NCBI GenBank assembly: GCA_964187785.1
Contig: OZ076409.1
Coordinates: 3,846,001-3,910,000, forward strand
DNA: 64,000 nt
Direction of reading: 5' to 3'
Source: Amphiscolops sp. MND2022
Lineage: Eukaryota
A model generated the notes under the pieces. It saw nothing but the letters and a program-made list of their open reading frames with translations, was not told the DNA's origin and searched no databases. The position numbers and the translations under genes are program-made. Shown here piece after piece: positions 49,301 through 62,815 of the stretch. The stretch's first letter is position 1; the number at the start of each line of letters is the position of its first letter.

Positions 49301-49534
49301 ATTATACAGCACGATAAAGAAGACCACTACATTCCGTTAATGTCAGCCACCACTCTCACGTGAAACGTAGGATGCTTTCCATCCCTCTTGAATTCCAGAA
49401 AACAAAAAGAGACGCCCTAGTTGATTCAGGAGCGTACATAAACGTCATAAGCGAAAGGGACATAGACAAAATTACAAAAAGAATGGAAGGCATCCATAAT
49501 AGGGAAAGCTCCACCCCTTTCAAAAAACAATATG

Positions 49535-50378
49535 AAAATCATCAGTCAGCTAAGGACAACCCCATGCAATCATATTTGAAGTATAGGCGATATTATGATA
49601 GAAAATCGACAGCAACGCCTTTGAAAGTCAAAGACTATTGCTACGTCCTGAATCCGAAGGCTGATAACCAGTCAAAGAAATTCGCTTTCAAAGATTGCAT
49701 TTGGACGGGACTATACATAGTGGTCAAAGCCCTTTCTAATAACAACTACGTCGTGAGACGAACGGGAACACGATACACGCAAACCCTCCAAAGAATTCGC
49801 CTAAGGCTATATGCGCCCAATCAACGAGTACCTGACGTAACAGTCAAAGTGGAAGATCAGCTTCCAGATCCTGATGTTAAAACAACCCATGATGATTGGT
49901 ACGCGCAAGCTTGGGAAACCGAATTTGGAGAAGTTCTGTTCGGACAACCAACGGAAAGAGAAAATGAAGAAGCTTCGATTACAGAAGTGCTCACCAATAA
50001 CTGACCTACACCGGAAAATGAAACGGTTAGAACAACTGCAGAAGAGATTCCAATCGAGGATAAAACATCCTCCGAAGATAATACGTCGTTCAGATTGGAC
50101 GTCAGTGTTAACCCGTACATAATGACACCACCACCTACCGAAACTCCTCCAGTGCCTCCAACGCTACCACCTATAGTCGTTGGATATAATCCTAGAAAAA
50201 CGGGAAGATATAACCTACGCCCTAATCCTAAACCTAATGCTCATCCTGATTTCCGGATGCTAGGCGCTGTCACTACGAACGAAGTAATTCAAACTCAAGA
50301 ATAAAAACGAGCAGATATCCAAACCGAACAGGAATTTCGCTTTCATCTATGCACTAAACTACATAAATACAGAAGACA
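49535..50378 (+). repeat. Duplicate of the integrase C-terminus/3' region at 54139-54993
   Basis: ORFs 49360..50004 and 54224..54607, and 50095..50304 and 54698..54907, are nearly identical. Confidence 0.95.
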
Positions 50379-50444
50379 ACGAAGAAATTATACAGCACGA
50401 TAAAGAAAACCACTACATTCCGTTAATGTCAGCCACCACTCTCA

Positions 50445-53400
50445 CGTGAAACGTAGGATGCTTTCCATCCCTCTTGAATTCCAGAAAACAAAAATAGACG
50501 CCGTAGTTGATTCAGGAGCGTAAATAAACATCATAAGCGAAAGAGACATAGACAAAATACAAAAAGAATGGAAGGCATCCATAATAGGGAAAACTCCACC
50601 ACCGGCTTTCAAAATACAATATGCCAACACGGAACTTGAAAAAACTCTTGCTACATACACGATGAAGTTCAAAATCGGAGACTACACGTTTGAAGATATT
50701 TTCATCATAATGACAAAAAATCCTACCCCATCATTGGCCTGGCGTTCTTCCGAAAACATTCCGCAATTCTCGAGAGAGCACAAGGAACAATCGACTTCCC
50801 GAAAATACAAACTACCATGGCCCTAACGGATGAGATGCAGAAGTGAAACCCGAAACCATCAAGACAGAGGGCAAACATACCATCCCAGCACATGCTACAC
50901 AAATCATCCACGAGTCCATAACTGCGAGTAATGATCATCTAATAACTGGGACTGTTCAACCCTCGCCACAGTTCGATGAGACAGCACAACTTATAGTAGC
51001 CCCAGCGATAACTACAGCCCGTGACAAACGCGTGGCTATCAAAGTAGCCAACACAACAGACTTCCCTTACACCATCAACCAGCACACCAAACTAGCAGAA
51101 TTGCAGATACTGAAACCCGGAGAAACGAAACCAATACTGCCCAGTAGACATAGCAGCACTCAATCTCCTCACTGAACATGACGATGTTGTTGAATATGCC
51201 AGTGGCTTAATGTAAATCCAATCTCCAGACAACTCAGAAGAAAAAATTTGGTCCCAACGCCCGAGAATCCCGGCGACGAGTCGGAACACACTCCCATTCA
51301 ACAACGAATACTCAAGGAACTACGAGAACTACAAAAACTAGAACGACTGGACCCTAAACAAGATGAACAATCGCGAACACAATTTCTCTGCATGTTCAAA
51401 TGGAACGACTCAGTCATAACGGGAGAATACCGTGAAAATTTAGAATCAATCATCGTAGAATTCAACGTCATTTACGCCCGGCACCGACTTGATATCGGAA
51501 TGAACACACAGTTCAAAGTATGCCTAACTCCCAAAAACGACAAACCGGTATACACACAGAGCTTACCCGTACCCATAACCCTCAAGGATGACCTCACAGT
51601 GGAACTCGCCCTAATTCCGTAGATACGGTATCATCACAACACTACCATTTTCAAATACGCCAGCCCTATCTTTGCTCAACGTAAACCCAACCGAAAACTG
51701 CGCCTACTTGTGGATTTGAGGAAAATGAACGTCCTCATCTCAGATGACTACATCAACAACAACCGCCCCATCGGCTCCCTTTCAGATGTGGCACAACACA
51801 TAGCAGCGAACAAATGTTCTGCAAACTTGACTGCTCCCAAGCCTACCACTGCCTCCAAATGGCAGACCAAAGGTCAGTGGAACTCCTTGCATTTAATTTT
51901 GCTAGTAGGATGACTGCCTACCGTAGGTTAGCCCAAGGACTTAGTAGAGCCTTGTCAGCATTCTGGAGCTTCATGCGGGAGTTCCTCGACACAGTTATCA
52001 AAGCCGACCATTGTGCCAAACATCTGGAAAATATTGGGATCGCCACCAACACAACGGAACAAATCATAAAGAACATCAGAGCGGTCTTCAAATGTATACG
52101 CAAAGCTGGTCTAAACTCACAATCGAGAAATGCCACTTTGGGGTCACACAAGTAGAAATCCTTGGCAGAACCATCACCCCAAACAGAATAGCCCCGCAAG
52201 ATCATGAAATCACCTAAATCCTATCCAAAATCAGATTTCCCAAATCAAAGAAACAAGTCCAGAAATGTATTGGATTCGTAAAATACTACAGAAACTATAT
52301 TGCCCGACTGTCAGAGAAGTTGATTACAATGTATGAACTCTTGAAAGGAGATGCAAAAATAGTTAGATCTGAAGAACTCATTAAAGATTTCAAAACCATT
52401 AACGCAAGCCTCGCAGAAGCCTGTGGATTAGCACTGAGACAACATGTTGCGGGAAAACAGTACGTACCAATCACAGACGCGAGCTTCCGAGCATCTGGAT
52501 ATGCATTTTTGCTAGAGGAAAGTGACGACAAAAAATTGCTTTTAAACGGAAAATCTTCGCACCTGTTGCTTTCGGATCACGCGTATTCTCACCGTCACAG
52601 TTAAAAATGTCAATTTATTGCAAAAAACTACTTGCAATTTATCACGCGTTCCTAGAATACAGCCACATTCAGTGGGAAAGGACCTTACCAACCCTAGTCC
52701 TCACGGACAACAGATCAGTAACAAGATTCTTCAAACAAAACTACACCACCTACCCTCTGGAATGCCTTTGACTATGTACTACAATTTAAATTCCGCATCA
52801 TGCACGTCGCAGGTTCACAAAAAACAGCAGCCGAATTCCTGTCTCAACTGAAACTAACCCCAAAAGAGAAAGTCCAACTCAAACTACGAAACGACATCAT
52901 AACGGCGCCCATCAAAGTCAACTTAGAATCAACAGATGTTGCAGACGAAGAACAACTCTTTTTCCTACCAGACGAAGAAGAGGAATCAGAACAAGAAATT
53001 TTTGCAAGGAAAGTGCTTAGTAATTAACGAGCCATAGACGTCCAAGAAAAACAAAACCTACTCACGGAAGTAACAGAAACACTACATATACCGCTCAATA
53101 CGGCAGTCTACGCATTTAGAGCCATCAAAAAAACGCACGCATACGCAACGGACAAGATACGGATCCAATTTTAAAGGCATTAAAATTACGCCTACTACAC
53201 GAGGAATATGAAAAACACCTCCACAAAACTGAACCAAGGGGCCGAAACCTACTACGTCTTGAGGAGAGAATAATAGTCAAGGATGGAGTCCTCATGCGTG
53301 AATACTACGGAGAAGACGGCACAGTCACACATCACCAAATCCTAATATCGAAACATATAGTACCGGAAGTACTATCAACCTTACACGAAAAAATGAACAA

Positions 53401-54607
53401 ACATCTGGGAGTAACCAAAATGATTCAAGAACCAATTCAGCCGAACTAAATATTATTACCCGGAACTAGCTCGGAAAATCTGGGCTTGAGTTATCAACTG
53501 CCCTGACTGCAAAGCCAACAAACGCATAGACACGCGCCAAATACTACCAAAAATGCTAAGCAATACAGAGTTCACGTATGGCCCAGAAGATTGCCTAGAA
53601 GTCGATATTCTACCAAACATACCCTCATTAAACGGCTACAAACACATCATAACAATGATGGACGTTTTCTCCCGATATCTCTTTGCATAGCCTACCAAAG
53701 ATATGACTGTCAGAACAGTCGGCCGATGCATAGTGGACGTCATGACACATTATTGCTATCTACCAACAGTGATTCTCACCGACAAAGGATCACAATTCCG
53801 CTCGGATGTCATAAACTAAATAGCACAAACGCTTGACATCCGAATCAGCCACGCATCGACGAAACTCGCCCAAACAATAGGGATACTCGAAAGGACTCAT
53901 GCATCAATGAAATCGTCCCTAAAGATATCGATGGGAGAGCGGTGCTCAATGTGGCACAAATACCTGCAAATCGCGGGCTACAACACGAGCTACCATGAAA
54001 ATTTGGGCTGCAAACCGACAAAAGAGTTTCACGGACGGATACCGTACAACATCCTGGACATCAAACTGGGACTCAATCCAGAATGGAAAAAGGACGCCAA
54101 CGAACACCTAACGGACGAATTACAGAAGCCAATAACTGAAATTCAACAGTCGGCTAAGGACAACCTCATGCAATCATAATTGAAGTATAAGCGATATATT
54201 ATAAAAAAGCGACAGCAACGCCATTGAAAGTCAATGACTATTGCTACGTCCTGAATCCAAAGGCTGATAACCAGTCAATGAAATTCACTTTTCAAGATTG
54301 CATTTGGACGGGACTATACATAGTGGTCAAAGCCCTTTCTAATAACAACTACGTCGTGAGACGAACGGGAACACGATACACGCAAACCCTACATAGAATT
54401 CGCCTAAAGCTATATGCGAACAATCAACAAGTACCTGACGTGACAGTCAAAGTGGAAGATCAGCTTCCAGATCCTGAGGTTAATACAACCCATGATGATT
54501 GGTACGCGCAAGCTTGGGAAACCGAATTCGGAGAAGTTCTGTTCGGACAACCAACGGAAAGAGAAAATGAAGAAGCTTCGATTACAGAATTGCTCACCAA
54601 TAACTGA
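50445..54607 (+). pseudogene. pol: Pol of element 3 (PR-RT-RNaseH-IN), heavily disrupted
   Basis: Fragments in ORFs 50843..51175, 51248..51622, 51814..52155, 52320..52604, 52800..53027, 53907..54179 and 54224..54607. Confidence 0.92.
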
Positions 54608-55104
54608 CATACAACGGAAAATGAAACGGTTAGAACAACTGCAGAAGAGAATCCAACCGAGGATAAAACATCCTCCGAAGATAATACGTCGTTCAGATTG
54701 GACGTCAGTGATAACCCGTACATAATGACACCACCACCTACCGAAACTCCTCCAGTGCCTCCTACGCTACCACCTAAAGTCGTTGGATATAATCCTAGAA
54801 AAACGGGAAGATATATCATACGCCGTAATCCCAAACCTAATGCTCATCCTGATTTCCGGATGCCAGGCGCTGTCACTACGAACGAAGTAATTCAAACTCA
54901 AGAATAAAAACGAGCAGATAACCAAACCAAACATGAATGGCTACGTTAATTTCGCTTTCATCTATGAACTAAACTACGTAAATACAGAAGACACCAAAGA
55001 TACAAACTTCAAAGAATTCAAATACAATAACAACTGACTCCAAATGCCAAAAATTAAAATGTTGTATGAAACAAGGAAGTCTATAATTTTTTCAACCTTG
55101 CTGA

Positions 55105-56954
55105 GCTCGGGCAAACCGATTACTCTTTTGAGATCCTTATAATGAGTTTCGAATGGTTGCGGGCGTTCTGATAAAAATGAATCATACAAGCTGCGATATC
55201 GAGAAACAAATGCCTCAGCGATTCCACCACAAAACTCCGTCCACAAATCGAAATTAGGGGCTAGATAAAACACTCCAGCATTGGCGATCGCCTCTTGCAC
55301 AGCGTCCAACGTAGGGTCAGTAAAAAAGCACTTGTGTACAAATCCGGGGCTCAAAACATAACTCTGCACCAGAAGCAAACACTTTTGAAACTTTTTCGGA
55401 TAGCTTACTTTCACGCAAATCAAAGGTCACAGAAGGATAAGACACTCGGGGCCTGCCCGTAATCAGTACACACAGTTTCAAGACTCGACAAACATGCACA
55501 CGAGCTTGAAAACTAAAGTCTCGCAGCAACCAACTGACCATATCGGGAATCTCGCTAGCTACTCCTCTGGACGCCTCGTGCTGGGATCGTTTCCCTACAA
55601 CATAGCTGCTGAATTCCTCCACTGCTGCCTTAGACTAATCAGGCAAAAGAGCCCCACAAGATTCCAAGACACGGCAAGGATCCGAGAGCAGACGGAAAAC
55701 CAACTGCCCATCACCTTCCAACAATAGTTCTGGGCAAAAGCTGTACAGTCCGTGCGACACCCGGGACGTGACACTTGGGGGGTCATCTGTCGTCAGAATC
55801 GTCACAATCTGTCGGTCAAGAAACTCCCGACAACGTACACGAAACGTACTGAACTCGCACGTCTTTCCAGCTAACAATTCACATTCAAAATCAGATCTAG
55901 CAAGAGAAGATTCCATGGCGATCGTAGGAAACTCTATTCTTCCATTCATTCAAAGTTGGCAAGATTTCAGTTCGACGTGTCTTTAACAGTAAGCAGTGAA
56001 CGAAGTCGCACAATTCACCGTATCCTTGGAATCCGTAGTCACTCCATTGTTGCAGTAACTTTGCACAAATAACGTGAACCGAAACAAACAAAGACCACTA
56101 AGGAAATCATCACAAAATCTATGGAGAATTCACAAGGACAACTAGACAAGCCAACAGTTGAACAGTTATAGACAGGAGAACAGTCACAACACAAAACAGT
56201 TTGCCATGCTATACTCACAGGTATCCAGAACAAGCCGCAACGAACCGAAACGATACGGTGTCGTGTTGTCTGCAATGATATGCCAGTCAGTCCCCTTCAT
56301 CTGAAAACGAATAAACAACAGGACATGCAAAAGGCGAGAGGAAACCACAGAGAAAAACGGCGACAAGACGTTCAAAAGAGAAAGAAGAGAAACGAAATGA
56401 GAGGAAAGGAAAATAACTAACGGTGTCAGCTTCCTCCTTCGCGTCAGAATGACCGGTGCAACCGACGAATGTTCGTATTGAAGGCCACATATCAATAACC
56501 TCGGACAAAAATTGCCGGTAATCTGCAAAGTCAACGGAGCCCTGCCGGATGCATTTACGAAGGATAAGCTTATCCTCCGTCCACTCCTCGTAGAGAGCAC
56601 TCTTGAGACGGTGAACCAAATACTCCACTAGAAAAATTACGCTGACCATTCCGAAGACATCGTGATCAGCCTGCAACACACAACAAAGTAGGTTCTCCTC
56701 ATCAAAACACTGATAGACGCCAAAAGGGCATCCATCAGCACGATTGTCGTCCAAAACACGATTCAGAGACGGACTGGCTCCGAGAATAGACACATGCAAA
56801 TGGCCGCAATTGCTCGGCTCGTGCTCGAACTACCGACAGTCTTTGATAAAGGCACCAGTTCTACAAGGGGTACAACCTGATCCAAGGACTCGCAGCCAAT
56901 ACAATAATACGTAACAGCGCTCATCCTTGCAGTCTTTCTCGAACTGAATTCCAT
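55105..56954 (-). pseudogene. Spliced antisense gene of unknown family, frameshifted
   Basis: Consecutive minus-strand ORFs. Intron 56301-56421 (ACC|gttagt...ttttcag|ATG, phase 0, in frame), an 82-nt exon, and a second donor |gtgagt at 56218. Confidence 0.6.
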
Positions 56955-57404
56955 AACTCTGGAAACCCACGATGCTCCTCAAGACGACCCGCAACACTCG
57001 CGGAGCAAGACCTCGGCACAGTAACGACTAAAAAATGCAAAATTAATCTTACCCTCGCAGTCACCGAACGCAAACAATCGATAAAATTACCCAGCTGTGA
57101 TCACGTGGTCTAAGCTCGTATAAAAAAGAGTATTCAGTGGTAACTATCTTGTGTATTGTTTCAGACCATGTGTGGTGTTGAATCTTTTGGTTGAACAAAT
57201 TGTTCAACGGTGCAGTTATTTTGTCAACCCAATGGTTGCTCTTTTTTGATCGCTAACATATTCCCCAGTTGGCATTTGACGGTTGGGAATTTGCGTTTAC
57301 GCTACAAGTAACAAGAACATAATGTACAAGGTTAAAGAAGTAAGCAAGGTAATAAAATGTCACTACTAAAGAGTTTCAACTATGGAGAGGTAATTTTGGT
57401 TTTG

Positions 57405-58932
57405 ACACTCCATATATGTACACAGGACGACCGTATCGATCTGGTGCCTTCCTGGCCCTTCTTGCCCGTTCCTCTACAGTTGAAGTATCGTGGCAGTGTC
57501 TTGGTTGCAGTTTCTTTCGTCTTCTTCTAGGTCTGCGAAGACCTGGGCTGTTTGCTGTTTCTTTTCCTTATCGATCTCTTCCATCACGTAATTTTTTGGC
57601 TTTCTTGGGCTTCTGTTGTTTTCTCGTCTTCTTTTCGCCTCTGGCCACTTCACTTTTGGATAGGACGATCTCATTTGTTCGTTTCGGCTGGCACAAATAT
57701 GATGGTGTAGCTGGTTTCGCCAGTGATTTTCCCCTTTCGCTTTTTGAATAGTTCTGCCAATTTTCCCTTTCTTTGGCGGTTTCGTACAAATATTTTGCTG
57801 TCATCATCTCTGGGAAATTTCTCCAGTCTTTTCAGATCCACAATTCTGTCGAACTCTAAATCAATTAATTCTTTGTACAGTTTTACAATTATCGATGTTA
57901 CAGTGTTTAGTTTTCTACCTGTATGTCGCTAAAGGAAGATTTTCCGTCTTTTCCCTTATTAGTCCTTAGCACACTTATTAATTCGTCAAACAATTTGTTT
58001 TGTTTCTCAGTTAGTACTTCGGGGTTCGTTCATAGCCTCTCATTTATTGTCCTCACCAATCGTTCAATTTTTTCGTTTCCCCGGTGATCATATATGGGAC
58101 AGACTACGTGCGGCATTCCTAGTTCTTTTCGGAACTGTCTAAACTCATTTCCCATGAATACCGTAGCCTGATCCGTTCTTAATTTTTGCGGAATTCCATT
58201 ATCGCTAATATATTTCCGTAGGAATTCTACTACTTCTTTGATTGCGGTCTTTTTGACAAATTTTAAGGTCGGATATGCGGAAAATTGATCTATTGCTCCA
58301 AGTAAATATTTACTATTTTCGGGTGCGCCAGCGAATGCTCCCTTAAAAGTGAGTGCTACTTCTTCGTTTACTTGTTTTGCTTTCTGAATAGTTCCAAATT
58401 CACTTTGTCTTTTAATAACTTTAATAATTTTACATGCATTTTGGCAACTTTTGCAGGTCTTTGCGGACGCCACACTTGGTCTGTGGACCTGAGGCCACCA
58501 AACTTCCTCTACGGATCCTAACATTGCATCACGTCCCGGGTGTCCCCTGTGGATACTATTTAGAACTGCCTGCCTCATGTCACGGGGGATAACTAGCCTG
58601 TTCTCAAAGAATACTAGTTCTCGATCCACTCTTAGATCTTTGAATACTGGCTTGAACAATTTGTTTTCCTTTCTGAGGCAGCTTATATCTCGGCGTAATA
58701 CTGCCTCTCTGACATTTTGTAATCCAGAATCAGATTGGTATTTTGCCAATAACATAATGTAGTTTATTTCTTTGAATGTCTTTACTTTTGGAAATTTAAC
58801 TTCGGGTAAATGCTCAGTAGATGTAGAATGGTTGTTTTCCTCAATCGATGATATTATCAATTGAATGGGTGAAATTTTCAAATTTTGCGACTGAACCATT
58901 TGTTTATCCGGAACGTTCTTTGAAGTTTTCAT
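57405..58932 (-). pseudogene. pol: Gypsy integrase remnant (element 4)
   Basis: RLVIP..HRGHPG..VWWP..CKSC, RTDQATVF, HRGNEKIERLVRTIN. C-terminal RARKAPDRYG near 57430-57470. Confidence 0.88.
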
Positions 58933-61929
58933 TAAATTGCGTACAGCGTTCTTTTCGCGGCTTGCTTGAAGGCGACTCAGTTTGGAGTGTTTGCTAATCC
59001 GATTAGTGCTAGCGACGTTCTCGCTTTCCGTTCTTTCGCTCTATATGTACAGAAACATTCATTTAAAGTTTGCTTCAGTTCTCAAGCAGCCTCTTCATTT
59101 CCTTTCTTTTTAATGACATCTATTTCTTCTTCAACTCCTCATCCTCCTTCCACGCTGGCAATCCCCCATCTCAACCAAATGTTGCAGTCTCTTCTTTTGT
59201 CACCTAGTTCTTCATTCTCGCCCTGTTTTAAACTCTGCCCATAGCCACTGTCATATCTACGGTGTCTGCAAATGCAATGTCTTCATCTTCGCCACAGCCA
59301 CCTGTCTCGTCACTGCTGACTAGTGCTCCCCAGCATTCGCCTTCTCCAATTCTTCCGCTTCTGCCTCAAGGCGCTGTTGCAACTTCGGCCCATTAGCAGC
59401 AGTTTTCCGCAGTTCGTCAATTGACTCGAGATTCGCAACAAAGCAAACCCGTCATCCGAAGCGCCCACAGTTGCCCCCGGGGGAAGCTGGCACAGCCACA
59501 AAAAGAATCAACACAGCTGTATATAAACAGAAACTGTCTCAATATAATCTTTTTAAAAGTTTATGAACAGTATTTTAATCAACACCTCGCTGAACAAACT
59601 GTTGCACCAAATAAAATGATTATTGATGTAAAATTACCTTACGCATATAAATTCTCTTCACGATGTTATTTGACATAAGATAACCGAAACTACTTTGTTT
59701 TTCACACTTGTAAAATTATTTCTCATTACTCTATTTTCTTTCCTACCCCAATTTTCTTTCTCTCCATCCCCTTTCCATTTTGTTATTATTTACTCAACAC
59801 GATGTTTGGTAAGCTTAGTAATTTTTGTCAAAATCTGAGGTTTTGTTTTTTAAACATCCATTTTTTGATCTCCTCGACCTCATAACGTCAATTCGAACCA
59901 ATGTATTTCCAATTTTTAACATTTCAAACCATTCCTCTTTTTTAATTGACTTCTTAAACCTTCACTCGTTTTTTAAACACACCCTCCAACTATGTTCTAA
60001 TTTTGCTACTCATTAACTTCGGTTCTAAACAACTTTTTCTTTGAAATTTCACTCCTCTTACTTCACATAATGCGCAATGATCACAATGCACAATCCGCGT
60101 TGAACACGGTGCACTATTTGACTAGAAAACACTTCGCTCTCGTGCTACTTCTTCGTTTACTTGTTTTGCTTTCTGAATAGTTCCAAATTCACTTTGTCTT
60201 TTAATAACTTTAATAATTTTACCTGCATTTTGGCAACTTTTGCAGGTCTTTGCGGACGCCACACTTGGTCTGTGGACCTGAGGCCACCAAACTTCCTCTA
60301 CGGATCCTAACATTGCATCACGTCCCGGGTGTCCCCTGTGGATACTATTTAGAACTGCCTGCCTCATGTCACGGGGGATAACTAGCCTGTTCTCAAAGAA
60401 TACTAGTTCTCGATCCACTCTTAGATCTTTGAATACTGGCTTGAACAATTTGTTTTCCTTTCTGAGGCAATTTACATCTCGGCGTAATACTGCCTCTCTG
60501 ACAATTTGTAATCCAGAATCAGATTGGTAATTTGCCAATAACTTAATGTAGTTTATTTCTTTAAATGTCTTTACTTTTGGAAATTTAACTTCGGGTAATT
60601 GCTCAGTAGATGTAGAAGGGTTGTTTTCCTCAATCGATGATATTATCAATTGAATGGGTGAAATTTTCAAATTTTGCGACTGAACCATTTGTTTATCCGG
60701 AACGTTCTTTGAAGTTTTCATTAAATTGCGTACAGCGTTCTTTTCGCGGCTTGCTTGAAGGCGACTCATTTTGGAGTGTTTGCTAATCCGATTAGTGCTA
60801 GCGACGTTCTCGCTTTCCGTTCTTTCGCTCGATATGTACAGAAACATTCATTTAAAGTTTGCTTCAGTTCTCACACAGCCTCTTCATTTCCTTTCTTCTT
60901 AATGACATCTATTTCTTCTTCAACTCCTCATCCTCCTTCCACGCTGGCAATCCCCCATCTCAACCAAATGTTGCAGTCTTTTTTTTGTCACCTAGTTTTT
61001 CATTCTCGCCCTGTTTTAAACTCTGCCCATAGCCACTGTCATATCTACGGTGTCTGCAAATGCAATATCTTCATCTTCGCCACAGCCACCCGTCTCGTCA
61101 CTGCTGACTAGTGCTCCCCAGCATTCGCCTTTTCCAATTCTTCCGCTTCTGCTTCAAGGCGCTGTTGCAACTTCGGCCCATTTGCAGCAGTTTTCCGCAG
61201 TTCGTCAATTGACTCGAGATATGCAACAAAGCAAACCCGTCGTCCGAAGCGCCCACAGTTGCCCCCGGGGGAAGCTGGCACACCCACAAAAAGAATCAAC
61301 ACAGCTGTATATAAACAGAAACTGTCTCAATATATTCTTTTTAAAAGTTTATGAACAGTATTTTAATCAACACATCGCTGAACAAACTGTTGCACTAAAT
61401 AAAATGATTAATGATGTAAAATTACCTTACGCATATAAATTCTCTTCACGATGTTATTTGACATAAGATAACCGAAAATACTTTATTTTTCACACTTGTA
61501 AAATTTTTTCTCATTACTCTATTTTCTTTCCTACCCCAATTTTCTTTCTCTCCATCCCCTTTCCATTTTGTAATTATTTTCTCAACACGATGTTTGGTAA
61601 GCTTAGTAATTTTTGTCAAAATCTGATGTTTTGTTTTTTAAACATCCAGTTTTTGATCTCCTCGACCTCATAACGTCAATTCGAACCAATGTATTTCCAA
61701 TTTCTAACATTTTAAACCATTCCTCTTTTTTAATTGACTTTTTAAACCTTCACTCGTTTTTTAAACACACCCTCCAATTATGTTCTAATTTTGCTACTCA
61801 TTAACTTCGGTTCTAAACAACTTTTTCTTTGAAATTTCACTCCTCTTACTTCACATAATGCGCAATGATCACAATGCACAATCCGCGATGAACACGGTGC
61901 ACTATTTGAATAGAAAACACTTCGCTCTC
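58353..61929. repeat. Direct tandem duplication, unit about 1789 bp (58353-60141 and 60142-61929)
   Basis: Both copies begin GTGCTACTTCTTCG and end CTTCGCTCTC. Paired ORFs differ by scattered substitutions. Confidence 0.97.
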
Positions 61930-62219
61930 GTTCTAGGGAAATTACACTTTACACTGGATGATTAAATCCACTTTTGCGGCAAAAGTATCGTAATGCTGTC
62001 AACACTGCCATTCATTTTCCAAAGGCCACACAGAGCATACAAAGCTAAAATAGTATAACATTTCAAACAGTCCAAAGCACATAAATCACAACGCTGACAT
62101 GTAAATATAAAATCAATCAAATCTTTATACTTCCTCGAACCTTACTCTAACTAGATATAAACTTTAACACCCAACTCCGTTCTTTTTAACCTGACTCAAG
62201 TTAAAAAATGCATTTTCGT

Positions 62220-62815
62220 CGAAACTCACGTAAGGAAAGAATAACTATACACATCTTGATGAAGACTCGACATACAACTTAATGTTGAATTATAAAATTC
62301 ACACAACAAATAACTTTTCACAATCCCTCCTATTCTCCACAGTCTTTGAATCACCTCTTTTATCATATTAACATCATATTAAACGCGACTCAACGTTTTC
62401 AAACAAATTCAGATATTCATTTTACATTTCATCGAACACTCTTCATAATAACTAATTTTGCTGTTAAATATATTTAAAACGTTCAAATCCCAGTCGGATG
62501 ATATACCTATACTCTTGTATTCGATCATAACCCCCATCACCCATTGTATTCGGTCATAAGCCACATCACTCGCTTATTTAATGTCTAGACTTGAATTCTG
62601 TCCCATGAACTTAAATGTATCTAGTTTAAATTCAAAATAATACCGTACCATTTGAAGCACTTATTTGATTTATATTCGTTCACACCTCTGATAAAGTCTT
62701 CACCATCACGCTGTCACTGTTTTCTTAAGACATAATACTGCAGCTCTGATAGAGTCCTAAAGAAGTACTTCGTCTCTAATTGAATAACCATCTAAAACAA
62801 CAAACAAGTACTTTA
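62220..62815 (+). repeat. Unclassified interspersed repeat, homologous to 25430-25985
   Basis: Same colinear blocks in opposite orientation. Confidence 0.7.

Larger units (their letters stand above)
47712..54995 (+). mobile_element. Decayed Ty3/Gypsy retrotransposon (element 3) with an internal duplication; LTRs not clearly seen
   Basis: Gag LPVFDGK and two knuckles (CFQCGKYGHYKAQC, CDTC..HKTENC), protease VDSGA (twice), RT KLDCSQAYH..LAQGL, RNase H TDASF, integrase TDKGSQF and WTG.YIV. Confidence 0.92.

Noticed and set aside
50843..51130. dUTPase gene between protease and RT of element 3
   Set aside because: A beta-rich linker common at this position in Gypsy Pol, with no dUTPase catalytic motifs visible.
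57100..57270. Possible PPT and 3' LTR start of element 4 (GGGGAATA-TGTTAGCG, minus strand)
   Set aside because: Short purine tract and no second LTR to confirm it.
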